From: Deltaproteobacteria bacterium
Lineage (GTDB): Bacteria; Myxococcota; Kuafuiibacteriia; Kuafuiibacteriales; Kuafuiibacteriaceae
DNA length: 64,000 bases
Reading direction: 5' to 3'
Assembly: GCA_040218735.1 (NCBI GenBank)
Contig: JAVJQW010000008.1
Location: forward strand, 256,001 to 320,000
In this document: positions 48,877-58,735 of the stretch, piece after piece
How the letters are laid out: every line of letters begins with the position of its first letter
How positions within the stretch are numbered: the stretch's first letter is position 1
Program-made: the position numbers and the translations under genes
Notes under the pieces: model-generated
What the model was told of the DNA's origin: nothing
The model's database searches: none
What the model saw: only the letters and a program-made list of their open reading frames with translations

Positions 48877-49999
48877 CGTGAAGATCGGCGCGCAACACGT
48901 CGTCCGCCGGATCCAAGTATCGCGCCGACGCCCCCGTGTACGTGCGAAACGTCGTCGCGCGTCCGTCGCGATCGACGACCCACTCCGGCAACATCGTCAC
49001 CTTCCCCAGACCGCCCGGCACGTCGACGCAGAACTGCGGGACCGCGAGCCCGCTCATGTGTCCGCGCAGTCCGTCGACGATCGAGAGGCCGACCTCCAGC
49101 GGAGTTCGGAAATGTTCGATGCCCTCCGCCATGTCGCACTGGTGCAAGTAATACGGCGTGACCCGCATCCTCACGAGCCGACGGTTGAGCGCCGCGATCG
49201 ACTCGACGTCGTCGTTGATGCCACGCAACAACACCGTCTGGTTGTAGACGACGAGCCCCGCGTCGACGAGCTTCGCGCACGCCGCTTCGGCTTCGTCGGT
49301 GCACTCCTTCACATGGTTGAAGTGCGTCATCACGTAGACCGGTTTGTACTTCGACAGCACCGACACGAGTCGGTCCGTCACGCGCATCGGGCACGTCACC
49401 GGCATTCGCGTCCCCACGCGAACGATGTCGACGTGCGGCGCCTCGCGAATCCGCGCGAACATGTGGTCGAGCTGGTTGTCGCCGAGCATCAACGCGTCGC
49501 CGCCGGACACGATGACCTCGCGGATCTCCTCGTGCGCCGCGATGTACTCGAACGCCTCGTCGAGTAACGCACGCGTAGACTGCCGCTCGGTGCGTCCGAC
49601 GATCCGACGCCGCGTGCAGAACCGGCAGTACACCGGACACCGATCCGTCGACAGCAACAGCACGCGATCCGGGTAGCGGTGCACGAGGTTCGGCACGACC
49701 TCACGCGGCACCTCGCCGAGCGGGTCGGCGAGCTCGCCGATGCGCACCGTCGCCTCCTCGCGACGCGGCACGATCTGGCGTCGAATCGGACACGTCGGGT
49801 CCGAGGCGTCCGCGAGCAGCGCGTAGTAGGGCGTCACGCCGAACCGGAACAACGCCTTCGTCTCGTCGAACCCGGCGCGCTCCGCGTCGGTGAGGTCCAG
49901 GACGCGCTCCAGCGAAGCGACGTCATCGATGCGGTTCTTGACCTGCCATCCCCACGCGCCGAACTCCTCGTCGGACACGCCTTCGAAACCGCGTCGCAT
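48851..49999 (-). CDS. KamA family radical SAM protein (lysine 2,3-aminomutase / EpmB-like)
   Basis: ADPLGE, LVHRYPDRVL, CPVYCRFCTRRR, SGGD, HFNH, NQTVLLRGIND, PYYLHQCD, PGGLGK. Confidence 0.95.
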   Translation of the reverse strand: MRRGFEGVSDEEFGAWGWQVKNRIDDVASLERVLDLTDAERAGFDETKALFRFGVTPYYALLADASDPTCPIRRQIVPRREEATVRIGELADPLGEVPREVVPNLVHRYPDRVLLLSTDRCPVYCRFCTRRRIVGRTERQSTRALLDEAFEYIAAHEEIREVIVSGGDALMLGDNQLDHMFARIREAPHVDIVRVGTRMPVTCPMRVTDRLVSVLSKYKPVYVMTHFNHVKECTDEAEAACAKLVDAGLVVYNQTVLLRGINDDVESIAALNRRLVRMRVTPYYLHQCDMAEGIEHFRTPLEVGLSIVDGLRGHMSGLAVPQFCVDVPGGLGKVTMLPEWVVDRDGRATTFRTYTGASARYLDPADDVLRADLHVDTSKPGT

Positions 50000-50036
50000 C
50001 TCGACCGATCAAGGACGCCGCGCGGTGCGAGTCAAG

Positions 50037-50738
50037 TCACCGGTCCGCGATGAAGGTGGTGCCCTCTTGCGCGTAGGTCAGCTGCGCCTCGTCGACGCAG
50101 TACGGAAACACCAGCTCGTCGGCCGTGTCCGGGTCGAGCGTGAACCGACTGCCCGCGGCTTCGTACTCGCCGTCCCGGGTGAACGACTGCGTGCCCTGGT
50201 AGTTGCAGTCGCAGCCGCCGTCGGTCTTCGTGCAGGTGGTCCTGCCGCCGAGCAGCGTGACCGTCACGTACGCCTCGGTCTCGGAGCAGTCCTCTCGGCT
50301 GCAGTAGGCCGCGTCGAAGTCGGCGTCGACCGACCAGGTCTGGGCCGCCGTGTAGGTCCCGGCGTCGGCGTTGAAGCTGAGGCGGCCCGAGCCCGCGAAG
50401 GTCGCGTGGCTCACGGTTGCGCCCGGGCAGATGAACTTCAGCTCCATCTCGAACCAGCCGGCCCCGCAGATCTCGTTCAGGTTCCACGCCCCGTCCAGGT
50501 CGCCGCCGCAGGCGTCGGCGAGGCCCCACCCGGGGAGACACGTGGGCGGGCCGCCGTCTCGTGTCGGGCCGCCGTCCCGGGTCGGGCCGCCGTCGGGGGA
50601 GACATTGCCGTCCGGCACGCCGCCGTCGGGGGCGTCGACACACAGGCCGCCCTGGGCGCAGTCGAACCGGTCCGCGTCGAGGTCGCGCTCGACCGAGCAC
50701 CCCGCCAGACCCAGCACGACGAACACCGCCCAACGCAC
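50037..50738 (-). CDS. hypothetical Cys-containing lipoprotein with DGG repeats
   Basis: Lipobox LAGC; PDGGPTRDGGPTRDGG; ACGGDLDGAW. Confidence 0.75.
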   Translation of the reverse strand: MRWAVFVVLGLAGCSVERDLDADRFDCAQGGLCVDAPDGGVPDGNVSPDGGPTRDGGPTRDGGPPTCLPGWGLADACGGDLDGAWNLNEICGAGWFEMELKFICPGATVSHATFAGSGRLSFNADAGTYTAAQTWSVDADFDAAYCSREDCSETEAYVTVTLLGGRTTCTKTDGGCDCNYQGTQSFTRDGEYEAAGSRFTLDPDTADELVFPYCVDEAQLTYAQEGTTFIADR

Positions 50739-50792
50739 GCTTCTACCTACCTCGAACCGCGCCTCGGCGGCGCGCTGTGACGGCCGTACGTG

Positions 50793-51011
50793 TCACTTCG
50801 ACTTGTCACTCTCGATCGCGGCCTCGATCTCCTGGAGCTTCGCCTCGAAGTTCTCGGGGGTGATCTCCGCCTCGACCTCCTCCGCGAAGTCGGCCTCCGT
50901 CGGGATCGCGCTGGGCGCCACCACCACCGGCGCGGCCTTCGCGGGCGGCTGCTCCTCGGGGCACGCGGTCAGCGCTCCGAGCACGAACACACCCCCCACG
51001 ATCCGACGCAT
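50793..51011 (-). CDS. small acidic lipoprotein
   Basis: MRRIVGGVFVLGALTAC lipobox; ATG overlaps the upstream stop (TGATG). Confidence 0.75.
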   Translation of the reverse strand: MRRIVGGVFVLGALTACPEEQPPAKAAPVVVAPSAIPTEADFAEEVEAEITPENFEAKLQEIEAAIESDKSK

Positions 51012-51577
51012 CACTTCGCCGCCTCCCGCTTCTCGGCGAGCTTCATGAGCCACATCGAGTGACGCACGCGCTCCTTGTCACGCACCGCTTCGATGCGTCC
51101 GAGCAGGGCGACGTTCCCCTGGTCGGCGGCGAGTGATTCGATGCGATCCAGCTTCGCCATCCGCTTCACGTGAAGCTCCAGCGCCTGCTGGACCGCGGGC
51201 GGGATCTTGCTGGAGGGGAGCACCTTCGCGACCCGCTGCGCCCGCATCGCGCGCGTGCGCTCCGCCTCGCGTTTGTCGGCGCGCCGCGCGGCGATGCGCG
51301 CCTGCACCGCGTCGATCTTCGCCTGGTCCGCGGCCGAGCGCTCGGGCGGCGCATCCTTCGGCGCTTCGGTTTCCTTGGGCACCGGCTTCTTGTTCTTCTT
51401 CGAGGCGCCGACCGCCCGATCCCCGCGCTTCGCGTTGTCGGCGTCGAGCATCGGCCCCGGCGAGCGCTTCGCCGCGGGCCCGCGCACGTTGGGGCGAACC
51501 TGCGACGGCTTCAAGGGTTGCTGCGCGAGCGCAGCGCTCGACACGAACAGGCTCGCCGCGACGACGAGCGCCCTCAC
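51011..51577 (-). CDS. secreted basic helical protein
   Basis: GTG overlapping the helicase stop (GTGA); signal peptide ending AALA-QQP. Confidence 0.72.
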   Translation of the reverse strand: MRALVVAASLFVSSAALAQQPLKPSQVRPNVRGPAAKRSPGPMLDADNAKRGDRAVGASKKNKKPVPKETEAPKDAPPERSAADQAKIDAVQARIAARRADKREAERTRAMRAQRVAKVLPSSKIPPAVQQALELHVKRMAKLDRIESLAADQGNVALLGRIEAVRDKERVRHSMWLMKLAEKREAAK

Positions 51578-54042
51578 AGCGCCTCCGGCAGCAGCGGCGA
51601 CGGATCGGAGACACTCGTCACCCACAGCTGGTGCACGGCGCGCGTCGCCGCGATGTGCAGCAGGTGCCGCGCCTCGCGCATCGCGGGGTAGGTGTTGTTG
51701 TTCACCTCCGCGAGCACCACGTAGTCGTACTCGAGGCCCTTGATCTGCGTGACGTCCACGACGTCGATGCCCGGCGCAAACGTGAAGTCCTTGCCGTAGA
51801 CCCGACGCAGCGACGGCACCTCCGACTTCTTCAGGCCGCCGTAGTAGATGTCCGCCTGCGCCGCGTAGCGCGCGACCACCGCGATGTTCGCCTTGCGCTC
51901 GCGCAGCACCAACGAACGGAGCGACTCCCCGAGGAACGCGATCGCCTCCCCCGTGGACCCGAAAGTGAACTGCTCCACCGGCGCCCCGCTCCGCGGAACG
52001 ATCGGCGCTTCGGGATCCGCGAGCGGCCCGAGCACGTGCCGAGCGAAGTCGACGATCTGCTGCGTCGAACGGTAGCTGATGCGCAGCTGGTCGATCGTCA
52101 CGCCGGAGATCCCGACGTCCTCCAGCATCGACTCCCAGGTGTCGAACCCGTTGTCGAAGATCAGCTTCTGCGCGGTGTCACCCGCGAGCGTCATGCTCTC
52201 GCGCTTCGTCAACGCACCCCGCAGCACGCCGATGTCCGTCGGCGACAGGTCCTGCGCCTCGTCGACGATCACGTGCTCGTAGCTCACCGTCCGGTTGCTC
52301 CCCGCGATCGGCAGGCCGCCGTACTTGAGCTGCGTGAGCTTCAGGAGCAGGGCGTCGTCGTGTTCGTCGAGCCGGCCGTACGGGAGGTCTTCGTCGAGCT
52401 GACGCCCGTCGATCCCCACGCCGTAGTCCTCTTCGTTCGACGGCTTCTTCTCGCGCGGCGCCGAGAACCCGAGCTGACGCTCCGCCTCCGCGCGCGCCTG
52501 TTTGTCGGCGCCGCGTCCGCCGTCGTCGTCGTCCTTCTTCGACGGCTCGTCCTCGCACTGCATCCCGACCCACTTCACGAGCTCGTCGATGTCCTCGCGG
52601 CTGATCGCGCCGCGACGCTTCAACACCGCCTCGGCGATCAGCTTGCGGTCGGTGAGGAGGTCGGCCCAAGCGGCGTGCACGTCCGACGCCGCGGAGCGCG
52701 CGCGGCGCAGCGCACCGAGCATCGCGTTCTTGCTCTTGCTGGTGACGCCGGCCCGCGACGCGGCGGCCCCCTCCAGCCACTTCGACATCTCGCGGATGCG
52801 CGGCAGCAGCGCGAGCTTCGCGATGCCGTCCCACTTGTCGACGACCGCGTTCTTCGCGGGCGCGTCGGCGCGCTTCGCGAGCTGCTCGCGCACACCGTCG
52901 GCCTCGCGGTCCACACCGAGCTCCAGCACGTTCAACACGCCGGGGTGTTTCTTCAGCTTCGACACCGCCGCGGGGACGTCGCGCACGTACTTCTGCTTCA
53001 GCTCCGGCAGGACCTTCTTGCGCGTGCGCTTCATCCAGTCCTCGAGCGTCACGACCTGCGTACCGCCCACGTCGAGCGACGGGAGGACGCGCGAGATGTA
53101 CTCGGTGAGCGGGGCGCTCTTCACGACCACCGCCATCTTCTTCGCCGAGAACGTCGCCGGATCCGCGAAGTGCAGGTACGCAGCGCGGTGCAGCGCGACC
53201 GTCGTCTTACCGGAGCCGGCGCCGCCCTGAAGGATCACGATCCCGCTCTCGGGCTGCGTGATGAGCTCGAACTGCTTCGGATCGATCAGCGCGGTGATCT
53301 CGCGGAGGTGTTTGTCCTCGCGCAGCGATTCGTCGCCGACCACACCGAGCTGGCCCGGCTCGAACTTCGCCGGCGGCTCGTTGAGGGAAGGCGGCCGCGA
53401 CGCGACCCCCGCGCCCCCCGCCAGCGTCGGCCGACGGTCGATCGGGATCGACACCCACGTGCCATCCCCCCGCCGCGCGACGGAGCCGGTCGCCCACGTC
53501 ACGCGCCGCAACTCACCTTGCACGATGGAGACGGTGCGCCGCGCCTCGACGATCCCCGACACCGGGCGGTTGCCGAACTGCTCGTCGTAGTCGTCGCCCT
53601 CTTCGTAGCAGTAGTAGATCCGGGACACCGGCGCGTTGCGCCAGTCGACGATCGCGACCTCGCTCCCCGGCTTCACGAACGCGCGGCTCCCGATCAGGAC
53701 GTCGCGCACCTTCTTGCCATCGTTGAGCTTGAGGTGTCCGAAGTAGGGGCACTTCGCGTCGACCGGGAGGCTCCGCCCCTTGCCGTTCGCCGCACCGAGC
53801 GCCTGCATTCGGTACATCTCGGCGATCAGCGGCGCGAGGTCCTCGACCCGCGCCTCCGCGATCTGGTCACGCAGCGCGATGAGCTCGGTGTCGTAACCCG
53901 CGGCGCCGGCGCGATCGAGCTCGTCCTGCGCGAGCTGCTTCTGCACCTTCGTCAGGAGGGTGAGCTCCTCGTCGATGACCGCGGCCTCGAGTGTGCCGGG
54001 CTGGACGACATCCAGATCCGTTTTGGGGTTCGGTTTCGTCAC
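51574..54042 (-). CDS. HelD-like / UvrD superfamily ATPase
   Basis: PYFGHL, IVDWRNAPVSRIYY, QGGAGSGKTTVALHRAAYL, VDEAQD, AGDTAQ, ISYRST, KGLEYD, AATRA; GTGA overlap with the M23 gene. Confidence 0.88.
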   Translation of the reverse strand: MTKPNPKTDLDVVQPGTLEAAVIDEELTLLTKVQKQLAQDELDRAGAAGYDTELIALRDQIAEARVEDLAPLIAEMYRMQALGAANGKGRSLPVDAKCPYFGHLKLNDGKKVRDVLIGSRAFVKPGSEVAIVDWRNAPVSRIYYCYEEGDDYDEQFGNRPVSGIVEARRTVSIVQGELRRVTWATGSVARRGDGTWVSIPIDRRPTLAGGAGVASRPPSLNEPPAKFEPGQLGVVGDESLREDKHLREITALIDPKQFELITQPESGIVILQGGAGSGKTTVALHRAAYLHFADPATFSAKKMAVVVKSAPLTEYISRVLPSLDVGGTQVVTLEDWMKRTRKKVLPELKQKYVRDVPAAVSKLKKHPGVLNVLELGVDREADGVREQLAKRADAPAKNAVVDKWDGIAKLALLPRIREMSKWLEGAAASRAGVTSKSKNAMLGALRRARSAASDVHAAWADLLTDRKLIAEAVLKRRGAISREDIDELVKWVGMQCEDEPSKKDDDDGGRGADKQARAEAERQLGFSAPREKKPSNEEDYGVGIDGRQLDEDLPYGRLDEHDDALLLKLTQLKYGGLPIAGSNRTVSYEHVIVDEAQDLSPTDIGVLRGALTKRESMTLAGDTAQKLIFDNGFDTWESMLEDVGISGVTIDQLRISYRSTQQIVDFARHVLGPLADPEAPIVPRSGAPVEQFTFGSTGEAIAFLGESLRSLVLRERKANIAVVARYAAQADIYYGGLKKSEVPSLRRVYGKDFTFAPGIDVVDVTQIKGLEYDYVVLAEVNNNTYPAMREARHLLHIAATRAVHQLWVTSVSDPSPLLPEAL

Positions 54043-55094
54043 GAGGACCTCGTTCTCAGCTCGCCCCAGCGCGCCAGCTCGTGGCGAGCCTTCACGCGCT
54101 CGGACTCGGGGAGACGTCGGCGGAACGTCTTGTGGAAGCGGAACGGATCGATCACACGACCGTTCCGCTCGAGCTGGTAGTGCAGGTGCGGCGCGGAGCT
54201 GCGTCCCGTATTTCCGGAGCGGGCGAGGACCTGACCGCGTTTGATGCGCACGCCCGGGCGAATCTTCTGACCGATGCCGTCGAGGTGGAGGAAGTAGGCC
54301 GTGACGCCCTTGCCCTCGATGTGCAGGCAGTTGCCGTTCCGGCGGCGCGACCAGTTCCGGCGCACGACGCGCCCGTCGAAGGGCGCGACGATCGGCTCCC
54401 CGATCGGCGCCTTGAAGTCGACGCCGCGGTGTCCGCGCCCGTCGCGCAGCAGCGAAGTGATCTGCTCGTACTTCTGTATGGGCGAGTGCTCGAGGCGCTT
54501 CTCGATCTCGTATCCCTCGGCGTCGTACCAGCGCGCGAAGGCGTCGCCGTCCGCCTGGTAGTGCACCGCGGCGAGGGTGCGCCCGAGCTTCTCGCTCCGC
54601 AGCCACAGCGCGTGGATGAGGGGCTCCTCGTCGTCGCGCATCTCGTACACGACTTCGATGACGTCGCCGCGCCGGAGGTCGCGACGGACGTCGAGCCACC
54701 ACACCAACACACGCTTCGCGACCTGGGTGAGCTGCGCGCCCGCGAACTGGTCGCCGACGACCTTCACGATCGACGCCTCCAGGGATCCCTCGATCACCGC
54801 GGTGAGGTACTCGGGCCCGGTCACCTCGGCGGCGGGCGCCTCGGGCGCTTCGGGCGCCGGGCCGATCGTCGGTTGGGGTTCACGCGGGAGGTCGGCCGTC
54901 GCGGCTTCGAGCTCGGCCGGCTCCATCTTCGGCGGCGCGACGAGCGGGACCTCGGCCTCGATCGCGGGCGGCTCCGCCTTCGCCTCGTCGCGGCACCCGG
55001 CGGTCGCGAGCAGCGACAGCGCCGACAACACACCGAAAGCCCCTGCGCGCGCCCGCGAGGACGCGATTTTCCGCCGCACCGTCACCCGCGCCAT
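54039..55094 (-). CDS. M23 family murein DD-endopeptidase (MepM-like)
   Basis: HRGVDF, YFLHL, SGNTGRSSAPHLHY, VIDP; N-terminal hydrophobic/lipobox segment (ATAGC). Confidence 0.92.
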   Translation of the reverse strand: MARVTVRRKIASSRARAGAFGVLSALSLLATAGCRDEAKAEPPAIEAEVPLVAPPKMEPAELEAATADLPREPQPTIGPAPEAPEAPAAEVTGPEYLTAVIEGSLEASIVKVVGDQFAGAQLTQVAKRVLVWWLDVRRDLRRGDVIEVVYEMRDDEEPLIHALWLRSEKLGRTLAAVHYQADGDAFARWYDAEGYEIEKRLEHSPIQKYEQITSLLRDGRGHRGVDFKAPIGEPIVAPFDGRVVRRNWSRRRNGNCLHIEGKGVTAYFLHLDGIGQKIRPGVRIKRGQVLARSGNTGRSSAPHLHYQLERNGRVIDPFRFHKTFRRRLPESERVKARHELARWGELRTRSS

Positions 55095-55166
55095 CGAAGC
55101 AATTGAGCACCCTGCCTCGCCCGATCTCCCTGCACAACCCCTATTTGGGGTAGCGTGCGGCGAAAC

Positions 55167-57107
55167 ATGGCCGACGAGACCACGCAGTTCCTCCAGCAAG
55201 TCAGCCTCTTCGAACACGTCAAAGCGGAATTCCTGCCCTCCATCGCGCAACGCCTTGAGGAGCGCGTGTTCTCCCGGGACGAGGTGATCTTCTCCGAGGG
55301 GGACTCCGGTGACACGCTGTACATCATCAAGGCGGGCTCCGTCGGCGTCCTCCTGATCGACCCGGCGGTCGGCTTGCGGTTCGAGCTCGCCCGGCTCCGC
55401 ACCGGCCAGGTCTTCGGCGAGATGGCGCTCCTCACCCGCCACCGCCGCTCCGCAACTTGCATTGCGATGGAGCCGACCTCCTGCCTCGTATTGGACAGCA
55501 AGACCTTCCACGCGATCGTCGAGCGCATCCCCCAGGTCGCGCTGGCGGTCGCGGAGGTCCTCGCCGAGCGCGTCGAGCAGCTCAACCGCGAGCGCGGACA
55601 AAAGCAGGTCTCGCTGTCGGACCTCGAGTTCGACCCCGACGTCTACCGCCTCGTCCCGTCGCGCATCCTCGAACGCCACCGCATGATCCCGGTGCACATC
55701 AAGGACGGCGTCCTCACGCTGGCCTGCACCGACGTCGAGGACCTCACCGGCATCGACGAGGTCCGACGCATCGTCCGCGGCGTCGAAGTCCACGAGATCG
55801 GGATCAGCGAGAACGACTACCGCGGCTTCCTCCGCGCGCACGCCGCTCAACTCCCGAAGGAGACCAAGGGCCAGCAGAAGGCGCGCCTGGAGGCGGTGCA
55901 CTGGGTCGACGTCGACGAGGGCGTCCTCGCCGACGCACGCGGCGACGAGATCAAACTGCTCGTCGACATGATCGTCTCGCAGGCGGTCGACCTCGAGGCG
56001 TCCGACATCCACATCGAGCCGGAGCTCGACGCCGTGAACGTTCGCTACCGTGTCTCAGGCGCGCTTGTGCGCCGCCCCGGCAAGGCGATTCCGCGCTCGT
56101 ACCACCGCGCGGTCGCGTCGCGCATCAAGGTGCTCGCGGACCTCGACATCAGCGAACGTCGCCGCCCGCAGGACGGCCGCATCTCGTGCCGCGTCGGTCC
56201 GCGCGCGTACGACCTGCGTGTCTCCACGATGCCCACCCACGAAGGCGAGAAGGTGGTGATGCGACTGCTCGACACCTCCGCCGCAGTGCAGCCGCTGTCG
56301 CAGCTCGTGCTCGCGGAGAAGGTGTGCCGCGTCGTGAACCAGATGGCGCAGCGCCCGCACGGCGTGGTGTTCGTCGTGGGGCCGACCGGCAGCGGCAAGA
56401 CGACGACGCTCTACTCCGCGGTCGGCATCCGACGGCGCGAGGACACGAACATCGTCACCGTCGAGGACCCGGTCGAGTACAACATCCCGGGCATCACGCA
56501 GGTGAGCGTGAACTCCGACATCGGCCTCACGTTCGCCTCGGTGCTGCGCGCGATCCTACGCCAGGATCCGAACGTCATCCTTGTCGGCGAGACCCGCGAC
56601 GCCGAGACCGGGAAGATCGCGCTGGAGGCGGGCCTGACCGGGCACCTCGTGCTCACTTCGCTCCACACCAACGACGCGATCGGCACGATCCAGCGCCTCC
56701 GCGAGATGGGCCTCGAGAACTACGCGATCGCCGCGGCGCTCGTCGGCGTGATCTCGCAGCGGCTCGTGCGTCGGCTCTGTCCGGTCTGCGCGCAGGACGC
56801 GTCGCCGTCCAAACATGTCCTCGAACAGCTCGCGCTCGTCGACATCCTCTCCCGCGACTACGACGGCACCCTCAAACGCGCGCGCGGCTGCGAGACCTGC
56901 GCCGGCACGGGTTACCGCGGGCGCGTCGGCGTCTACGAGATCCTCGTCGCCGACGACGGGCTGCGGCAGGAGATCATCAACGACGGTAGCCAGTTCTCCC
57001 TCCGCGAAGCCGCCCGCAAGGGCGCGTTCGTCCCGATGGCCCGGTACTCGAGTTACCTGCTCACCTCCGGCATCACGACGCCCGAGCAGGTTCTCGCGAT
57101 CCACTGA
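55167..57107 (+). CDS. cNMP-binding domain fused to a PilB/GspE family secretion ATPase
   Basis: IFSEGDSGDTLYIIKAGSV...FGEMALL...RRSAT (CAP/cNMP); ASDIHIEP, PQDGR, GPTGSGKTT, TVEDPVE, LRQDPNVILVGE, GHLVLTSLH, CPVC/CETC. Confidence 0.93.
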   Translation: MADETTQFLQQVSLFEHVKAEFLPSIAQRLEERVFSRDEVIFSEGDSGDTLYIIKAGSVGVLLIDPAVGLRFELARLRTGQVFGEMALLTRHRRSATCIAMEPTSCLVLDSKTFHAIVERIPQVALAVAEVLAERVEQLNRERGQKQVSLSDLEFDPDVYRLVPSRILERHRMIPVHIKDGVLTLACTDVEDLTGIDEVRRIVRGVEVHEIGISENDYRGFLRAHAAQLPKETKGQQKARLEAVHWVDVDEGVLADARGDEIKLLVDMIVSQAVDLEASDIHIEPELDAVNVRYRVSGALVRRPGKAIPRSYHRAVASRIKVLADLDISERRRPQDGRISCRVGPRAYDLRVSTMPTHEGEKVVMRLLDTSAAVQPLSQLVLAEKVCRVVNQMAQRPHGVVFVVGPTGSGKTTTLYSAVGIRRREDTNIVTVEDPVEYNIPGITQVSVNSDIGLTFASVLRAILRQDPNVILVGETRDAETGKIALEAGLTGHLVLTSLHTNDAIGTIQRLREMGLENYAIAAALVGVISQRLVRRLCPVCAQDASPSKHVLEQLALVDILSRDYDGTLKRARGCETCAGTGYRGRVGVYEILVADDGLRQEIINDGSQFSLREAARKGAFVPMARYSSYLLTSGITTPEQVLAIH

Positions 57108-57112
57108 AGCGA

Positions 57113-57688
57113 ATGACCGAGCTCGAATCACTCCCCCGGCTCGACACCGAGCGTCTCGTGCTGCGGAGGCCGCGCGACGAGGACACCGTCGGCCTCTTCG
57201 CGATCTACGGCGATCCGGAGGTGATGCGTTACTGGAGCCGCGGGCCGATGACCGACGAGGACGAGGCCCAGCAGCTCATCGACGACATCCACGACTACTT
57301 CGCCGCGCGTCCGCAAGAGCTGGTGGAGTGGGTCGTCGCGCGACGCGAGGACGACTTCGTGATCGGCACGGTCACGCTCGCTTCGATCTCACACGCGCAC
57401 CAGCGCGCGGAGATCGGGTTTGCGTTCGCGCGCTCCGAGTGGGGCAAGGGCGTCGCCTCCGAGGCCGTGACCGCGGTGTTCGACTTCGCGTTCGAGCGCT
57501 TCGGGATGCTGCGCATCGAAGCCGACGTCGACCCGGAGAACACACGGTCGCTCGCGATGCTCGAGCGCTTCGGCTTCCAGCGCGAGGGGTACCTACGCGA
57601 ACGCTATCGCGTCGGCGGCGGGGTGCAGGACACGGTGATGCTCGGATTGCTGGCCCGCGAGTGGGCGGCCCATCAGTCGCCGCCGTAG
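57113..57688 (+). CDS. GNAT acetyltransferase (RimJ/RimL family)
   Basis: LDTERLVLR, RAEIGF, WGKGVASEA, PENTRSLAMLERFGFQREG. Confidence 0.92.
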   Translation: MTELESLPRLDTERLVLRRPRDEDTVGLFAIYGDPEVMRYWSRGPMTDEDEAQQLIDDIHDYFAARPQELVEWVVARREDDFVIGTVTLASISHAHQRAEIGFAFARSEWGKGVASEAVTAVFDFAFERFGMLRIEADVDPENTRSLAMLERFGFQREGYLRERYRVGGGVQDTVMLGLLAREWAAHQSPP

Positions 57689-58716
57689 ACCAGCGCCAGG
57701 TACGTGTTCATCAACGCTTCGCCTTGGTCCATGCGCGCGACCGCCCAGAGGTTGCGGTCGTAGCTGTACTCCGGACCGAGCGTGTAGCTCGACTCGCCGA
57801 GCGCGTACGCTGCGATCGCGTCGGCCTCGAGCTCCCAGTCGAACCCGTAGTCGCCTTCCTTTAGGCTGGCCGCCCGCCACGCGTATCCGTGTCGGTAGTT
57901 CATCGAGATCGGCGTCCCCGCCTCGATGAACTCCTCGGCTGGTTCACCGTTGGCGTCGCGATACACAATCGTGTGCTCCCGCGTCGTCGTGAACGAGTAC
58001 CTCGAGTAGTCGACCTCGAACTGATGCGTGAGCTGATGTCCGATCTCGTGGGCGATGAGCTCCGTCGGGGTGAAGTCTTCGGTGTGATAGAACGTCGCGT
58101 GGTAGAGCTGGATCGAGTCGTTGCTGTTGACGGCGTACTTCTCCCCGAGCATGGGCTGGTTGATCCGCTGGAAGGCGAGTGTGTCTCCCTCGCCGACGTA
58201 CACGTCGCGGAACGCTTGCTGCGGTGACTCCACGTCGTAGCCCTCGGCCACCGCCCGGTCGTACGCGGCGGCGGCGCTCGACGTGACCGCCACGTACACC
58301 GCTTCGATCTCCTCGGGCGTCCACGTCCCGGGGCCCTGCAGGTCGACGCCGTACTCTCCTTCGAGCGCCTCGACCATCGCGAGCGCCTCGGCCATCGGCA
58401 CGGCGTCCGCCGCCGTCACCTCAGCGAAGTGAGGCGATCGGTAGGTGTACGTCGCGGTCGGGATCCGCACTTCGATCCCGAAGTCCTCGAGGAGCGCGGT
58501 CTGGTCCGCGACGGCGGAGACGAGGAGCGCCTCGACGTCCGCGTCGTCGCAGAGCCCGCTCGGCTCGACGCACGGCGCCGTCGGTTCGAGGACGTCCGGG
58601 CAGCTCACGATCTCGATCGTCGTCGAGGGTTCGCCGGTTTCGTCGACGGAGGTGATCGTCTCCTCGACGAAGTCGGGGGTGTAGACGGCGTGGTCGCCGT
58701 GAATCGTGCAAGTCAT
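57673..58716 (-). CDS. acidic HExxH (gluzincin-like) protein, paralog 2
   Basis: LIAHEIGHQL plus a downstream ELEADAIA; start MTCTIHG preceded by GGAG. Confidence 0.75.
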   Translation of the reverse strand: MTCTIHGDHAVYTPDFVEETITSVDETGEPSTTIEIVSCPDVLEPTAPCVEPSGLCDDADVEALLVSAVADQTALLEDFGIEVRIPTATYTYRSPHFAEVTAADAVPMAEALAMVEALEGEYGVDLQGPGTWTPEEIEAVYVAVTSSAAAAYDRAVAEGYDVESPQQAFRDVYVGEGDTLAFQRINQPMLGEKYAVNSNDSIQLYHATFYHTEDFTPTELIAHEIGHQLTHQFEVDYSRYSFTTTREHTIVYRDANGEPAEEFIEAGTPISMNYRHGYAWRAASLKEGDYGFDWELEADAIAAYALGESSYTLGPEYSYDRNLWAVARMDQGEALMNTYLALVYGGD

Positions 58717-58735
58717 GGGTCGTCTCCGTCTTCCG

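Noticed and set aside
48851-49999. EF-P modification (efp-epmA-epmB) or lysine fermentation cluster
   Set aside because: No efp, epmA or kamDE in the window, so only the family call is supportable
51133-54180. 1015 aa plus-strand ORF
   Set aside because: Antisense to the HelD-like gene; no motifs
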